DNA from: Acidobacteriota bacterium
GTDB lineage: Bacteria > Acidobacteriota > Thermoanaerobaculia > Gp7-AA8
NCBI GenBank assembly: GCA_019247495.1
Contig: JAFAOU010000003.1
Span: 2,011 to 66,010, forward strand
Reading direction: 5' to 3'
DNA length: 64,000 bases
Below the pieces are notes generated by a model, which saw only the letters and a program-made list of their open reading frames with translations, was not told where the DNA came from and did no database searches. The position numbers were made by a program, and so were the translations under genes. Positions 48,017 through 61,040 of this stretch are shown here, in pieces; the stretch's first letter is position 1; the number at the start of each line of letters is the position of its first letter.

Positions 48017-49393
48017 TCAATCGGCCTGACCGGCCAAAAACTCGGGCGTGAAGATGCGCGCGATCTCTTCTTCGCTCAGCAACCTCTTCTCGCGTAGAAG
48101 AGTTGGGATGGGCGTGCCGCTCTTTGCCGACTCTTTCGCGATCTCCGCCGCCTTCGCGTAACCGATGATCGGATTGAGCGCGGTGGCCAGCGACGGAGAG
48201 CTGACGTAGTACGCCTCGCACTGCGCGCGGTCCGCTTCAATGCCGGCGATGCATTTGGCGACGAAGACCGGCAGGTAGCTCTTCAGGATCTCGATCGAGA
48301 AGAGGAGCTCGAAGGCCATCAACGGCATCATCACGTTGAGCTCGAGCTGGCCCGCCTGAACGGCGTAATCGATTGCGGTCGCCGATCCGATGATGTGGAA
48401 GCAGACCTGGTTCATGCACTCCAGCATCGACGGATTCACTTTGCCGGGCATGATCGACGATCCCGGTTGCACGGCGGGCAGGATGATCTCGGCGAGACCG
48501 GTTTGCGGTCCGGAGGCGAGCAGACGCAGGTCGTTCGTGATGCGCGTCAGTTCGAACGTCAGATTGCGCATCGCGCCGGAAACGGCAGCGACCGGAAGCT
48601 GCGACTGCATCGATTCGCGAAGATCGGCCGCGGCTGTGAGATCGAGACTGGTCAGCTCGTTCAGGCGCCGCACGACGACATGGCGGTAGCCGCGCGGCGC
48701 GTTCATGCCGGTGCCAACCGCAGTGCCGCCGATGCCGAGGTCGCGAAGCTCGCCCGCGGCGGCTCGGAGAAGGCGCGTGGCGCGGCGGGTGGCGGCGGCG
48801 TAGGCACGAAACTCCTGGCCGAGCGTTAACGGAACGGCATCCTGCAGGTGCGTACGGCCGGACTTGATGACGTCCGCGAAGGCATTGCCGCGGTCGTCGA
48901 AGGCGTCGCCGAGCGCGTCGAGTTGCGGGAACAGTTCGTTCAACAGCAGCAGCGTGGCGATGCGGATGGCCGTCGGAAACACGTCGTTCGTCGACTGCGC
49001 CATGTTGACGTGATCGTTCGGATGGACCGGCTTGTACGTCCCGCGCTCCGGATTGGCGAGGTTGGCGATGACCTCATTCACGTTCATGTTGAACGACGTG
49101 CCCGCACCGGCCTGGAAGACGTCGACGACGAACTGAGATCGATACGTCTCAGCGTTGTTCAGCAACTCATCGCAAGCAGCAACGATCGAATCGGCAAGTC
49201 CGGCATCGAGCGCGTCAAGCTCCTTGTTCGCCAGCGCCGCCGCTTTCTTCAACAGGATGAACGAGCGGATGAACACGGGATGCTCGCGCAGACCGCTGAT
49301 CGGATAGTTCTCGACCGCCCGCTGCGTCTGCGCGCCATACAGCGCGTCTTCGGGGACGCGGACTTCGCCGAGGGTGTCGCGTTCGGTGCGCAT
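48017..49393 (-). CDS. aspA: Aspartate ammonia-lyase (class II fumarase superfamily)
   Basis: QAGAGTSFNMN, HPNDHVN, GRTHLQDA, GSSIMPGKVNP. Confidence 0.85.
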   Translation of the reverse strand: MRTERDTLGEVRVPEDALYGAQTQRAVENYPISGLREHPVFIRSFILLKKAAALANKELDALDAGLADSIVAACDELLNNAETYRSQFVVDVFQAGAGTSFNMNVNEVIANLANPERGTYKPVHPNDHVNMAQSTNDVFPTAIRIATLLLLNELFPQLDALGDAFDDRGNAFADVIKSGRTHLQDAVPLTLGQEFRAYAAATRRATRLLRAAAGELRDLGIGGTAVGTGMNAPRGYRHVVVRRLNELTSLDLTAAADLRESMQSQLPVAAVSGAMRNLTFELTRITNDLRLLASGPQTGLAEIILPAVQPGSSIMPGKVNPSMLECMNQVCFHIIGSATAIDYAVQAGQLELNVMMPLMAFELLFSIEILKSYLPVFVAKCIAGIEADRAQCEAYYVSSPSLATALNPIIGYAKAAEIAKESAKSGTPIPTLLREKRLLSEEEIARIFTPEFLAGQAD

Positions 49394-49517
49394 AGTGGAT
49401 TCGTAGATTAGTGGATTCGTCGATTAGAGGGGGTGCACGGCGGGTTGTTGTCAGTCATTGGTCAGTCACGCGTCTCAGCTTCCTAATCTACTGATCCACT
49501 AATCCACTAATCCACTA
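49392..49517. repeat. 8-mer tandem inverted repeat (GTGGATTA/TAATCCAC), copy 2
   Basis: tagtggattcgtagattagtggattcgtcgattag...ctaatctactgatccactaatccactaatccacta. Confidence 0.7.
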
Positions 49518-50087
49518 CGCCTTCATCGCATCCAGCCGCGCCTTCGATTCTTCGAAGACGTTCTTGTGCAGCGACTGGCCGTGGGCATCCATCGTCACGA
49601 TGGCCATGAAGTCTTCCACCCAGAGATGCCAGATGGCCTCGGGGGACCCCAAGTCCATCCAATCGACGCCGTCGACGCGCTTGATCGACGCGGCGCAGAC
49701 CTGCGCGGCGCCGCCGATCGCGTGCATGTAGACGGCGCCGTACTCCTTGCACGCTGCCAGCGTCTTCTCCCCCATCCCGCCCTTGCCGATCACGCCACGG
49801 ATTCCGTAGTCGCGCATGACCTCCCACTGGTACGGCTCCTCGCGCGACGACGTCGTCGGCCCGGCCGCCTTGCAGACCCACTGATCGCCCTCTTTCACCA
49901 TCACCGGACCGCAGTGATAAACGATCTGGCCTTGGAGATCGACGGGCGGCTTCGTGCCGGTGTGGATGCGGTGATGGACGGCATCGCGTCCGGTGTAGAG
50001 ACGACCGGTGATGGAGACGGTGTCACCGACGTGGAGGCTGCGGATGGTCGGTTCATCAATGGGAGTGGTGAGCTTTACCAGAGCCAT
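49515..50087 (-). CDS. Fe-S fumarate hydratase, beta (C-terminal) subunit
   Basis: TGRDAVH, YHCGP, GPTTSSR, IGKGG. Confidence 0.9.
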   Translation of the reverse strand: MALVKLTTPIDEPTIRSLHVGDTVSITGRLYTGRDAVHHRIHTGTKPPVDLQGQIVYHCGPVMVKEGDQWVCKAAGPTTSSREEPYQWEVMRDYGIRGVIGKGGMGEKTLAACKEYGAVYMHAIGGAAQVCAASIKRVDGVDWMDLGSPEAIWHLWVEDFMAIVTMDAHGQSLHKNVFEESKARLDAMKA

Positions 50088-50184
50088 GCTTCGATGCTAT
50101 CGCGTTTGGGATTCCGCCGGCATGACACGACGTGCAGGCTGCTTTGGCGCTCTCGGTCGAACTGACCGGCGTGACCATGAGCAT

Positions 50185-50379
50185 TCACGGGAAGTAACCG
50201 GATGGTGGCGGCGGAGGCGGCGGTTGCGGCGAAACGAGTTCCGCCAACGAAGGCGGCGTAAAAAGTGCGCGAATTGCGTCCGGTCTCTTCGGCGGTTTCA
50301 GCGAAGCCATCTCGCGTTGCGTCCACGCGTCGCACGATGAGAGGAGCAGGGAAACCACGAACGGCACAACCGCTTTCAT
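50185..50379 (-). CDS. Small proline-rich putative lipoprotein
   Basis: RBS AAGAGG; lipobox LSSC; PPPPPPP tail. Confidence 0.45.
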   Translation of the reverse strand: MKAVVPFVVSLLLSSCDAWTQREMASLKPPKRPDAIRALFTPPSLAELVSPQPPPPPPPSGYFP

Positions 50380-50393
50380 GCCCTCTTAGACGA

Positions 50394-51308
50394 TCAATAG
50401 AGCCAGTTGGAAACTTCGCCGCTCAGATTCAGTTCCGCGCCGCGCCTGCGATACGCCCAGCACATGTAGGCGATCGAGACGAAGAACGATGCCGGAAGCC
50501 GATTGAGCTTGCCGATCTTGCAGGCCAGCAACGTCGTCTTTCCGCCGAATCCCATCGGTCCGATGCCGGACTGATTCGCCTTCTCGACGACGCGTGCCTC
50601 GAGCTCCGCGAGAACGGGATCGTGGTTAGTGTCGTCAAGCATGCGCAGGAGCTGTTCCTTGGCGAATCCGTAGCCGGTGCCGCGGTCGCCGCCGATGCAG
50701 ACGCCGAGGATGCCGGGGCCGCAGCCCTGGCCCTGGGCCTGGAGCACGCAGTCGAGAATGGCGTTCTCGACGCCTTTGAGATCGCGTCCGCCGAGGTCGG
50801 GGTGGGGGAGGGAGTACTGCGCGTTCATGTTCTCGCAGCCGCCGCCTTTCAACATCAACTTCACTTCGACATGCGGCTCGCGCCACTGATGAAAGTGAAA
50901 GACGGGAGAGCCGGGCCCGGTGTTGTCGCCGGTGTTCTTGCCGGTGATGCTGTCGACGCTGTTCTGCCGCAGATACCCTTTCTTCGTCGCCGTCCTCACG
51001 GCCTCGGTGGCGATCTCCTCGAACGCGAGCTGGTCGTAGCCTGCGGGCGTGTGGACGTAGAAGAGGATCGTGCCAGTGTCCTGACAAAGCGGAAGCGAGC
51101 TGTCGCGCGCCAGTCCGATGTTGCAGCCGATGACGTTGAGCGCGACGTCAGCATTCGATCCTTCGACTTCATTCTTTCGCGCGCCGGTGACGGCGCGGAC
51201 GACGTCGTCCGGCAGGATCGTAGACGTGCGCCGGATCAGTTCGAGGATCGATTCGAAGAGGTTGGTTTCAGGCGAGATGCGGTCAATCGTTTGCGCGGTC
51301 GCGCTCAT
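50394..51308 (-). CDS. Fe-S fumarate hydratase, alpha (N-terminal) subunit
   Basis: PLCQDTG, KGGGCEN, GIGPMGFGG. Confidence 0.9.
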   Translation of the reverse strand: MSATAQTIDRISPETNLFESILELIRRTSTILPDDVVRAVTGARKNEVEGSNADVALNVIGCNIGLARDSSLPLCQDTGTILFYVHTPAGYDQLAFEEIATEAVRTATKKGYLRQNSVDSITGKNTGDNTGPGSPVFHFHQWREPHVEVKLMLKGGGCENMNAQYSLPHPDLGGRDLKGVENAILDCVLQAQGQGCGPGILGVCIGGDRGTGYGFAKEQLLRMLDDTNHDPVLAELEARVVEKANQSGIGPMGFGGKTTLLACKIGKLNRLPASFFVSIAYMCWAYRRRGAELNLSGEVSNWLY

Positions 51309-51343
51309 GCGAGTCTCCGGGAGCGAAGTCTATCTGATGAAAC

Positions 51344-51670
51344 TTAAGGTGACTGATTCGCTTCTGAATCCGCGACGCCCAGTCTTTTCTTGAGATCCGC
51401 GAGAGCACCATCCGGTGTGGATCCGCGCCCGATCGGCAATTTCCGAGCTTCGCATTCTTGAAAGAAACACATGCACTCAACATCCTCGTCAGCGTAGTCG
51501 CTGTGCGCGAGATCTTCTGCTCCTACTGGAAAGGCGAGCCAACGGTCTCCCTCATATGTCCCCTGATAACGGGACATTACGATGGTGACTGGAAACAGGG
51601 CTCGCGTGACGTAATCCTGCGCGACGGCCATCGCCGCGAAGAAGCGGGTGTTGTGCGGCTGTTCGCGCAT
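51344..51670 (-). CDS. Hypothetical protein
   Basis: FPVTIVMSRYQGTYEGDRWLAFP...GRGSTPDGAL; -10-like TAGACT 6 nt before the ATG. Confidence 0.5.
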   Translation of the reverse strand: MREQPHNTRFFAAMAVAQDYVTRALFPVTIVMSRYQGTYEGDRWLAFPVGAEDLAHSDYADEDVECMCFFQECEARKLPIGRGSTPDGALADLKKRLGVADSEANQSP

Positions 51671-51695
51671 GTCGGCAGTCTACAATCCCCCTCGC

Positions 51696-52499
51696 ATGCT
51701 CCGCGACAAGCTGATGCACCACGATCCGGTCGACGGTTTCCGTTGGCGCAGTCACGAGATCACGCGCGTGGAAGGCTTCAGCGACGCCGTCTTCGGCTTC
51801 GCGGTGACGCTGCTGATCGTGTCGCTCGAAGTGCCGCGGACGTCGGGTGAGTTGCTGGCCACGATGCGCGGCTTCGGCGCATTCGTCATCACCTTCCTGA
51901 TGCTGGCCGGGCTCTGGTACTCGCAGTTCACCTTCTTCCGGCGCTACGGGCTGGAAGATCGTGTCACGGTGATCCTGAATCTCGTGCTGCTGTTTATGGT
52001 GCTGTTCTTCGTCTATCCGTTGAAGTTTCTGTTCAACGTGATGCTGACGGATTTTCGGATGAAGCAGACCATCGCCACCGCCCACGGCATGGAGTTGGTG
52101 GTGCTGCCGGAGCACAAGCCGCTGATCTTCGCCATCTTCGGCGCCGGGTTCGCCGGCGTGATGGTGGTCTTCACGCTGCTGTACCGCCATGCCTTCAAGA
52201 AGCGCGAAGAGCTTGAACTGAATGAGTTCGAGATTTTCGAAACGGAGCACAGCGTCCGCCGTCTCTCCGTCGCCTCGGCGGTCGGCTTCTCCTACTTCCT
52301 GATCGCGGGGCTGAACGCGCTGCCGCATCGCACGAAGATGGAGAAGAACATCGTCACAGCCGCGGCGATCGCCATCCTGATTCTCCTCGCCGGCCTCATG
52401 ACGATGATGGTCCGCCTGGCGCTCGCGCGGCGGAAGCGCGCTAAGGAATGGAAGCAACGGAACGGTCCGCAGCCAGGCGATCCGTCCGCTACTTCCTGA
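51696..52499 (+). CDS. TMEM175 (DUF1211) family potassium channel
   Basis: RVEGFSDAVFGFAVTLL signature, ~6 TM helices. Confidence 0.85.
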   Translation: MLRDKLMHHDPVDGFRWRSHEITRVEGFSDAVFGFAVTLLIVSLEVPRTSGELLATMRGFGAFVITFLMLAGLWYSQFTFFRRYGLEDRVTVILNLVLLFMVLFFVYPLKFLFNVMLTDFRMKQTIATAHGMELVVLPEHKPLIFAIFGAGFAGVMVVFTLLYRHAFKKREELELNEFEIFETEHSVRRLSVASAVGFSYFLIAGLNALPHRTKMEKNIVTAAAIAILILLAGLMTMMVRLALARRKRAKEWKQRNGPQPGDPSATS

Positions 52500-53037
52500 T
52501 CACCAGCTCCACGCGACGGTTCTTCTGCCTGCCCTCGGGATCGTCGGAGCCGTCCGGCTTCGTGTTCGGCGCGACCGGCTTCTTCGCACCAAAGCCTTCC
52601 GTCGAAAACTTCATGTTGTTCAGTCCGTGCGCGAGGAACCAATTCTTGACCGACGCGGCACGCCGTTCGGACAGCTTCTGGTTGTACGTGTCGTTGCCCT
52701 TCGCGTCGGTGTGCCCTTCGATGCGAACGGCGCCCCCTTTGGCGCGATCACGGATGAAATCGGCGGCCTTCTGCAGCGTCTCACCGGCTTTCGGAAGCAG
52801 ATCGGCCTTATCGAAATCGAACAACACGTCCGCCGCCATATCCACCCTGACCTCGGTCGCTGTCTCTTTCACCTCGATGTCCTGCACCGCGCCGGCGATG
52901 CTCTCCACGCGATAGACGAGGTCGACGATCGTGAACTGGTACGGCGGACCGGGATCGTTGTCGACCGGCTGCCGGTCACCCGCGTTGGCGGCGAGCGCCG
53001 TGACGATCAACGGGACCGCGAGCAGTTTCGCGTTCAT
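52489..53037 (-). CDS. OmpA-like peptidoglycan-binding protein
   Basis: VLFDFDKA, IEGHTD, NQKLSERRA, NRRVE. Confidence 0.9.
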   Translation of the reverse strand: MNAKLLAVPLIVTALAANAGDRQPVDNDPGPPYQFTIVDLVYRVESIAGAVQDIEVKETATEVRVDMAADVLFDFDKADLLPKAGETLQKAADFIRDRAKGGAVRIEGHTDAKGNDTYNQKLSERRAASVKNWFLAHGLNNMKFSTEGFGAKKPVAPNTKPDGSDDPEGRQKNRRVELVIRK

Positions 53038-53039
53038 CG

Positions 53040-53630
53040 TCAGTGGCTGATGGCGACGTCGTCGAGCGGCTGAAAATGCGGGATGACGATCGAGATCTTC
53101 TGCACGTCGTCGGGCGGCGCGGGGAACTTGGCCCAGAGCGAAACGCGCGAGTGCGGCGCAACATCAGGAACCTTGGTGCTGCAGACGCACTTGCCCTCGG
53201 AGTCGCGTGCGACGAAGTATTTTTTCTTTCCGACCGGATCGACGAGTTGCACAGCACCGATGCTGCCGTGGTCGCGGATCTCATGATCGGGATCCGCGAA
53301 GTTGTACCCGAAGCCGATCGCATTCTCGGAATCGTTGACGAACGCCATCTTCAGCGTGACCGTTCCGCCGCTGCCGCGCTTGAGCTCCATCACGTCAACG
53401 CGCGTGCCCTGCCGCTCACCGTCCGCCGAGGCGATGCCGGAGGATGTCGTCGCCGCGGCCGGAGGAGCGGCGGCTGGCGTCGACACGGGCGCGGGAGCCG
53501 GGGAAGCCGTTACCGCGGATGATGTCGTTTCCGGAGCGGGAGCAGCGGCTTGCGTCGTTGTCGTGGCCTCCTTCTTCGCGCAAGACAGCACGACCACGAA
53601 CGAAAGGAGAAGGACGAGATGACGAGTCAT
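53040..53630 (-). CDS. Lipoprotein of unknown function
   Basis: Lipobox VLSC, Ala/Pro/Thr linker, LVDPVGKKKYFVARDSEGKCVCS...FPAPP. Confidence 0.75.
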   Translation of the reverse strand: MTRHLVLLLSFVVVLSCAKKEATTTTQAAAPAPETTSSAVTASPAPAPVSTPAAAPPAAATTSSGIASADGERQGTRVDVMELKRGSGGTVTLKMAFVNDSENAIGFGYNFADPDHEIRDHGSIGAVQLVDPVGKKKYFVARDSEGKCVCSTKVPDVAPHSRVSLWAKFPAPPDDVQKISIVIPHFQPLDDVAISH

Positions 53631-53943
53631 GAGAGTTCCTCCCAGCCGCGCCAATCGTACGTCCCGCCAGTGGCCGCGGCAACTCGGCGCCCTGTACTTT
53701 TCGACATGCTGTTCATGACGCGCTATCGAGCCACACGGGCCGAGACGGTTGGTGCTGACCGGGAGCGGGATCGTCCTCCGGCCATCGCGACGCGCTCCTG
53801 AATCGCGTCGCGTTTACGCTGCGCGACCATACGGTGGTTGGAGTACGGACCCACCGGCATCCTGGAACCGTGCATCGCGATTGAATCGACTTCGCGCTCT
53901 CTTCTTGCACGTCTGGAATGGGCGGTATTACCCGCCCGTTACG

Positions 53944-53966
53944 ATGTGAGTCTATTTGACTCATAT
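53944..53966. promoter_or_regulatory. HAIR-like (HspR) operator upstream of clpB
   Basis: ATGTGAGT-CTATTTG-ACTCATAT matches the core of CTTGAGT-N7-ACTCAAG. Confidence 0.55.
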
Positions 53967-53979
53967 GTGAGGTAATCCT

Positions 53980-56604
<2,625 letters not shown>

Positions 56605-56611
56605 ACGCGAT

Positions 56612-56672
56612 TCACCACAGAGACACAGAGATCACAGAGGGATCTCTGTGTTCTTTGTGTCTCTTGTGGTGA
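56612..56672. repeat. ACACAGAG 9-mer tandem inverted repeat, copy 2
   Basis: tcaccacagagacacagagatcacagag...ctctgtgttctttgtgtctcttgtggtga, between convergent genes. Confidence 0.75.
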
Positions 56673-56675
56673 TTT

Positions 56676-58277
56676 TCACGGCACGTAGTACAGCCGGATC
56701 GACTTCCCCACTCTTCGATAGTTTTCCGGCAGCCACCGCCAACCGCCCTGCTGTACGTTCGTCATCCGGTACGAGTGATCGCTGACGGCGATCCAGCCAT
56801 GGGACGGTACCCAGGGGCTCGGATAGGAGAATGGCGGGAAGCCGAGCGCGGCGTAGTCGGCGGGACCCATCAGCGACAACCTGATCGACGGGATGTGCTC
56901 GCGGCGGATCACGCTGCGGAGGCGGAGGATGTCCTGTCCCCAATCGACGTTGCTGTCGACGAGATAGCGTGATGGATCGCGGCCGGCGAAAGCATTGAAG
57001 TAGGGGAAATAGTCGGGATGCGCGAACGCCGAGGCGGCGAGATGAAAGACGAGCAGGCCTGCGGCGGCGAAGCGCATTGCGCGAACCCGCAACATCGCAA
57101 CGACCGCCGTCGCACACGCGATCGCGAATGGGACGTAGAACGGCAGGATGTAGCGGACGCCGAGGTCGAGAGTGGTTGGCAGCGCCACGGCGACGATGGC
57201 CAGCGCGGCCAGCGACCACTCCGCGAAAATGCCGCGCAGTTCGCGGTCGCGCAGCGCGAACCAGAGGCCGGAGACGAAGAGGAGCAACGACGCAACCGTC
57301 GACTTCAGCGCGATTGCGAACGGGAAGTACCACCACCAACCGGCGGTGCTGGTCCGGCCGCAGAGGAACGATTCCATCCCCTCTTTGTCGATTTTGCGAA
57401 TGGCGCTAATGCCGACGAAAAATGCCGGCGCAGGCAGCGGCGTGGACGGACTGACGTGCGCCAGAAAATGCTGCAATCGCGGCGGATACGAATCCATCCA
57501 CGGCTGCAGTTCCGCGAACGTGTGGACGGTGAATGCGTAACCGGCCCAGACCACGAACAGCGTCACGAAGGCTGCCGGAATCATCGTGCCGAGAGCCCGG
57601 GCGAAACGTTTTCGAAAGCCGGGATCGCGCAGCAGACGGACGACGGCGATGACGATGCACGTCACCGGCACGTAGAGGATGCTGGTGAACTTGCAATGGA
57701 TGCTGAAGCCGAACGCCGCGCCGAAGATCAGCGCGTGTTTGAGATCGGGATTTCGCAGCCAGCGGGTGAACGCGAGCAGCGCCACCGCCAGCCCGGCTAC
57801 GGCCGGACCGTCGTGCGTCGTCAGCGCGGAGTAGCCGAGGACCACCGGCTCCATCGTGAAGAGGAACGTTGCTGCGAGTGCACCGCTCTCGCCGAGGGTG
57901 TCGCGCGCGGCGAAGAAGATCGCGATCGCCGCGATGATGAAGAAGACTGCAGTCCCAGCGCGGCCGCGGAAGAGATTCGCTCGGTAATCGCCGTGTCCGT
58001 AGAAAACGCTGTGGATCTGATCTGTGAACGTGCCGTGCGGGTCGAAGCGCATCCCACCAAACCACGGCGCGGCGGCGTAGATGACGCGCGGCAGCGGCGG
58101 GTTCTCGCTCTGCAGCGTGTAGCGGTGGAACTCCAACAGCTCCAGTCCCGCGCCGAGGTGTGTGGCCTCGTCATTCGTCGCCGAAAAGACGCGCCACGTC
58201 GTCGCCATCCGGATCGCGCCGATGGCGATCAGCAGCGCCGCGATGACGGCAGGACGGACTCGTGGAAATCGCGGCAT
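56676..58277 (-). CDS. GT-C membrane glycosyltransferase (ArnT/PMT-like)
   Basis: ATNDEATH..ENPPL, many TM helices, GVRYILP, DSNVDWGQD; start at ATG 58277. Confidence 0.8.
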   Translation of the reverse strand: MPRFPRVRPAVIAALLIAIGAIRMATTWRVFSATNDEATHLGAGLELLEFHRYTLQSENPPLPRVIYAAAPWFGGMRFDPHGTFTDQIHSVFYGHGDYRANLFRGRAGTAVFFIIAAIAIFFAARDTLGESGALAATFLFTMEPVVLGYSALTTHDGPAVAGLAVALLAFTRWLRNPDLKHALIFGAAFGFSIHCKFTSILYVPVTCIVIAVVRLLRDPGFRKRFARALGTMIPAAFVTLFVVWAGYAFTVHTFAELQPWMDSYPPRLQHFLAHVSPSTPLPAPAFFVGISAIRKIDKEGMESFLCGRTSTAGWWWYFPFAIALKSTVASLLLFVSGLWFALRDRELRGIFAEWSLAALAIVAVALPTTLDLGVRYILPFYVPFAIACATAVVAMLRVRAMRFAAAGLLVFHLAASAFAHPDYFPYFNAFAGRDPSRYLVDSNVDWGQDILRLRSVIRREHIPSIRLSLMGPADYAALGFPPFSYPSPWVPSHGWIAVSDHSYRMTNVQQGGWRWLPENYRRVGKSIRLYYVP

Positions 58278-58381
58278 CGGCTGGCGGATTCTACTTTCGA
58301 GCGTGGGGAACAACGACTGAGCCGCACCCGTTGACAATCCGTACCGTAGTGGTACTGTTTCGCGCCCGACGGGATCTGCCG

Positions 58382-58849
58382 ATGCTGAAAATCTCCAAAC
58401 TCACCGACTACGGCCTCCTCGCCGCCGTCTACCTGGCCCGCCACAGCGGCGAGGTCGCGTCCGCGCGGGAGATTGCCGAGTTCTACCACCTGCCCGTTCC
58501 GATGATCACGAAAGTGCTGAAGACTCTGCATCAGAGTGAGCTCATCGATTCGCAGCGCGGTGCGGGCGGCGGCTACGTATTCAACGGAGACGTCGAGACG
58601 ATCACGCTCGGCAACCTCATCGAGGCGCTCGAAGGTCCGTGGGATCTCGTTGAATGCGAAACGACGGACGATCAGGGGCACGCCACGTGCGCCATTCGCG
58701 TGGCCTGCCCGTCGCGCCGCTTCATGTTCGGCATCAACCGTGCGGTAAAAGGAGCGTTCGAGCAGGTCACGCTCGGCGATCTCACCCGCGGCGTGATGCC
58801 GGTTGCGCGCGTCGCGCAGGCAGCCCCGGCGCTTGGAGCCACCCTATGA
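58382..58849 (+). CDS. Rrf2 family SUF system regulator
   Basis: [23 protein letters not shown]; promoter TTGACA at 58331. Confidence 0.88.
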   Translation: MLKISKLTDYGLLAAVYLARHSGEVASAREIAEFYHLPVPMITKVLKTLHQSELIDSQRGAGGGYVFNGDVETITLGNLIEALEGPWDLVECETTDDQGHATCAIRVACPSRRFMFGINRAVKGAFEQVTLGDLTRGVMPVARVAQAAPALGATL

Positions 58850-60279
58850 GCAGCACGATCGAACAGATTGCCAGCCAGGAGTACAAGTACGGCTTCATCA
58901 CCGACATCGAAGCCGATCAGGCGCCGCCCGGCCTGAACGAAGACATCATCCGGCTCATCTCGGCGAAGAAAAACGAGCCGGAGTGGATGCTCGAGTTCCG
59001 CCTCAAAGCGTTTCGGCACTGGCTGACGATGAAGGAGCCTACGTGGGCGAACATCAAGTACGGACCGATCGACTATCAGGCCACGTCGTATTACTCCGCG
59101 CCGAAGCAGAAGAAGAAACTCAACTCACTCGATGAGGTCGATCCGGAGCTGCGGGCGACGTTCGCAAAGCTCGGCATTTCGCTCGAAGAGCAGAAGCGGT
59201 TGAGCGGCGTTGCGGTCGACGCGGTCTTCGACTCCGTCTCGGTCGCCACGACCTTCCGCACGGAGCTCGCCAAGGTCGGCGTGATTTTCTGCTCGTTCTC
59301 CGACGCCGTTCAAAATCACCCCGAGCTCGTCCAGAAATACCTCGGCAGCGTCGTTCCGTACACCGACAACTTCTTCGCCACGCTGAACTCCGCAGTCTTC
59401 ACCGACGGCTCGTTCTGCTATATCCCGAAAGGCGTTCGCTGTCCGATGGAGTTGTCGACCTACTTCCGCATCAACTCGGCCAACACCGGCCAGTTCGAGC
59501 GGACATTGATCGTGGCGGATGAAGGCGCGACGGTCAGCTACCTCGAAGGTTGCACGGCGCCGATGCGCGACGAGAATCAGCTCCACGCCGCCGTCGTCGA
59601 ACTGGTCGCGCTCGACAACGCCTCGATCAAGTATTCGACGGTGCAGAACTGGTATCCCGGCGACAAAGAAGGCCGCGGCGGCATCTACAACTTCGTCACC
59701 AAGCGCGGCAAGGCGTTCAAGAACGCGAAGCTGTCGTGGACGCAGGTGGAGACCGGCTCGGCGATCACTTGGAAGTATCCGAGCTGCATCCTGCAGGGCG
59801 ACAACTCGATCGGCGAGTTCTATTCGGTCGCGCTCACCAACCATCGCCAGCAGGCCGACACCGGCACGAAGATGATTCACCTCGGCAAAAACACCCGCTC
59901 GACGATCGTGTCGAAAGGCATCTCTGCCGGCCGCGGCCAGCAGACCTACCGTGGCGAAGTAAAGATCATGAAGTCGGCCGAGGGCGCGCGCAATTACTCG
60001 CAGTGCGACTCGCTCCTCCTCGGCGACAAATGCGGCGCGCACACGTTCCCATACATCGAGGTGCGTAACTCGACGGCGAAGATGGAGCACGAAGCGTCGA
60101 CGTCGAAGATCGGCGAAGACCAGCTCTTCTACTGCCAGCAGCGCGGGATTTCGGCCGAGGACGCGGTCTCGATGATCGTGAACGGCTTCTGCCGCGAAGT
60201 GTTCAAAGAGTTGCCGATGGAGTTCGCGGTCGAAGCGACGAAGCTTTTGGGAGTGTCATTGGAAGGGGCAGTTGGATAG
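58846..60279 (+). CDS. sufB: Fe-S cluster assembly protein SufB
   Basis: [37 protein letters not shown]. Confidence 0.97.
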   Translation: MSSTIEQIASQEYKYGFITDIEADQAPPGLNEDIIRLISAKKNEPEWMLEFRLKAFRHWLTMKEPTWANIKYGPIDYQATSYYSAPKQKKKLNSLDEVDPELRATFAKLGISLEEQKRLSGVAVDAVFDSVSVATTFRTELAKVGVIFCSFSDAVQNHPELVQKYLGSVVPYTDNFFATLNSAVFTDGSFCYIPKGVRCPMELSTYFRINSANTGQFERTLIVADEGATVSYLEGCTAPMRDENQLHAAVVELVALDNASIKYSTVQNWYPGDKEGRGGIYNFVTKRGKAFKNAKLSWTQVETGSAITWKYPSCILQGDNSIGEFYSVALTNHRQQADTGTKMIHLGKNTRSTIVSKGISAGRGQQTYRGEVKIMKSAEGARNYSQCDSLLLGDKCGAHTFPYIEVRNSTAKMEHEASTSKIGEDQLFYCQQRGISAEDAVSMIVNGFCREVFKELPMEFAVEATKLLGVSLEGAVG

Positions 60280-60281
60280 CA

Positions 60282-61040
60282 ATGCTTGAAATCAAAGACC
60301 TTTACGCCGGAATCGACGGCAAGGAAATCCTCAAAGGGCTGACGCTGCATGTCGGAGCTGGCGAGGTTCACGCGATCATGGGGCCGAACGGCTCCGGGAA
60401 ATCGACGCTCGCGAACGTTCTCGCCGGCCGTCCAAAGTACGTTCCGACCTCGGGCAGCGTCACGTACGAGGGCAAAGACCTGCTGGCGCTTCCCGCCGAG
60501 GAACGGGCGCGCGAGGGAGTCTTCCTGGCCATGCAGTATCCGGTCGAGATTCCGGGCGTGAACAACATCTACTTCCTCAAAGCCGCGCTCAACGCGGTGC
60601 GCAAACATCAGGGGCAGGAGGAGCTCGATGCGATGGAGTTCCTGCAGCTCGCGCGCGAAAAGATGAAGCTCGTCGAGCTCGATGAAGCGTTCATGAACCG
60701 GTCGGTGAACGAAGGTTTCTCGGGCGGCGAGAAGAAGCGGAACGAGATTTTTCAGATGGCCGTGCTCGATCCGAAGCTGGCCATCCTCGACGAGACCGAT
60801 TCCGGCCTCGACATCGACGCGTTGCGCATCGTGGCCGAGGGCGTCAACGCGCTGCGAAGTGAGAAGCATGCGGTGCTGGTCATCACGCACTACCAGCGCC
60901 TGCTGAAGTACCTCGTGCCGGACTTTGTGCACGTCCTTGCCGACGGCCGCATCGTCAAGTCGGGCGGCAAGGAATTGGCCGAAGAGCTCGAGCAAAAAGG
61001 CTATGAGTGGATCGAAGAGGAGCTGGTCGCAGCGCGATGA
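60282..61040 (+). CDS. sufC: Fe-S cluster assembly ATPase SufC
   Basis: MGPNGSGKST, GFSGGEKKRNE, LDETDSGLD. Confidence 0.97.
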   Translation: MLEIKDLYAGIDGKEILKGLTLHVGAGEVHAIMGPNGSGKSTLANVLAGRPKYVPTSGSVTYEGKDLLALPAEERAREGVFLAMQYPVEIPGVNNIYFLKAALNAVRKHQGQEELDAMEFLQLAREKMKLVELDEAFMNRSVNEGFSGGEKKRNEIFQMAVLDPKLAILDETDSGLDIDALRIVAEGVNALRSEKHAVLVITHYQRLLKYLVPDFVHVLADGRIVKSGGKELAEELEQKGYEWIEEELVAAR

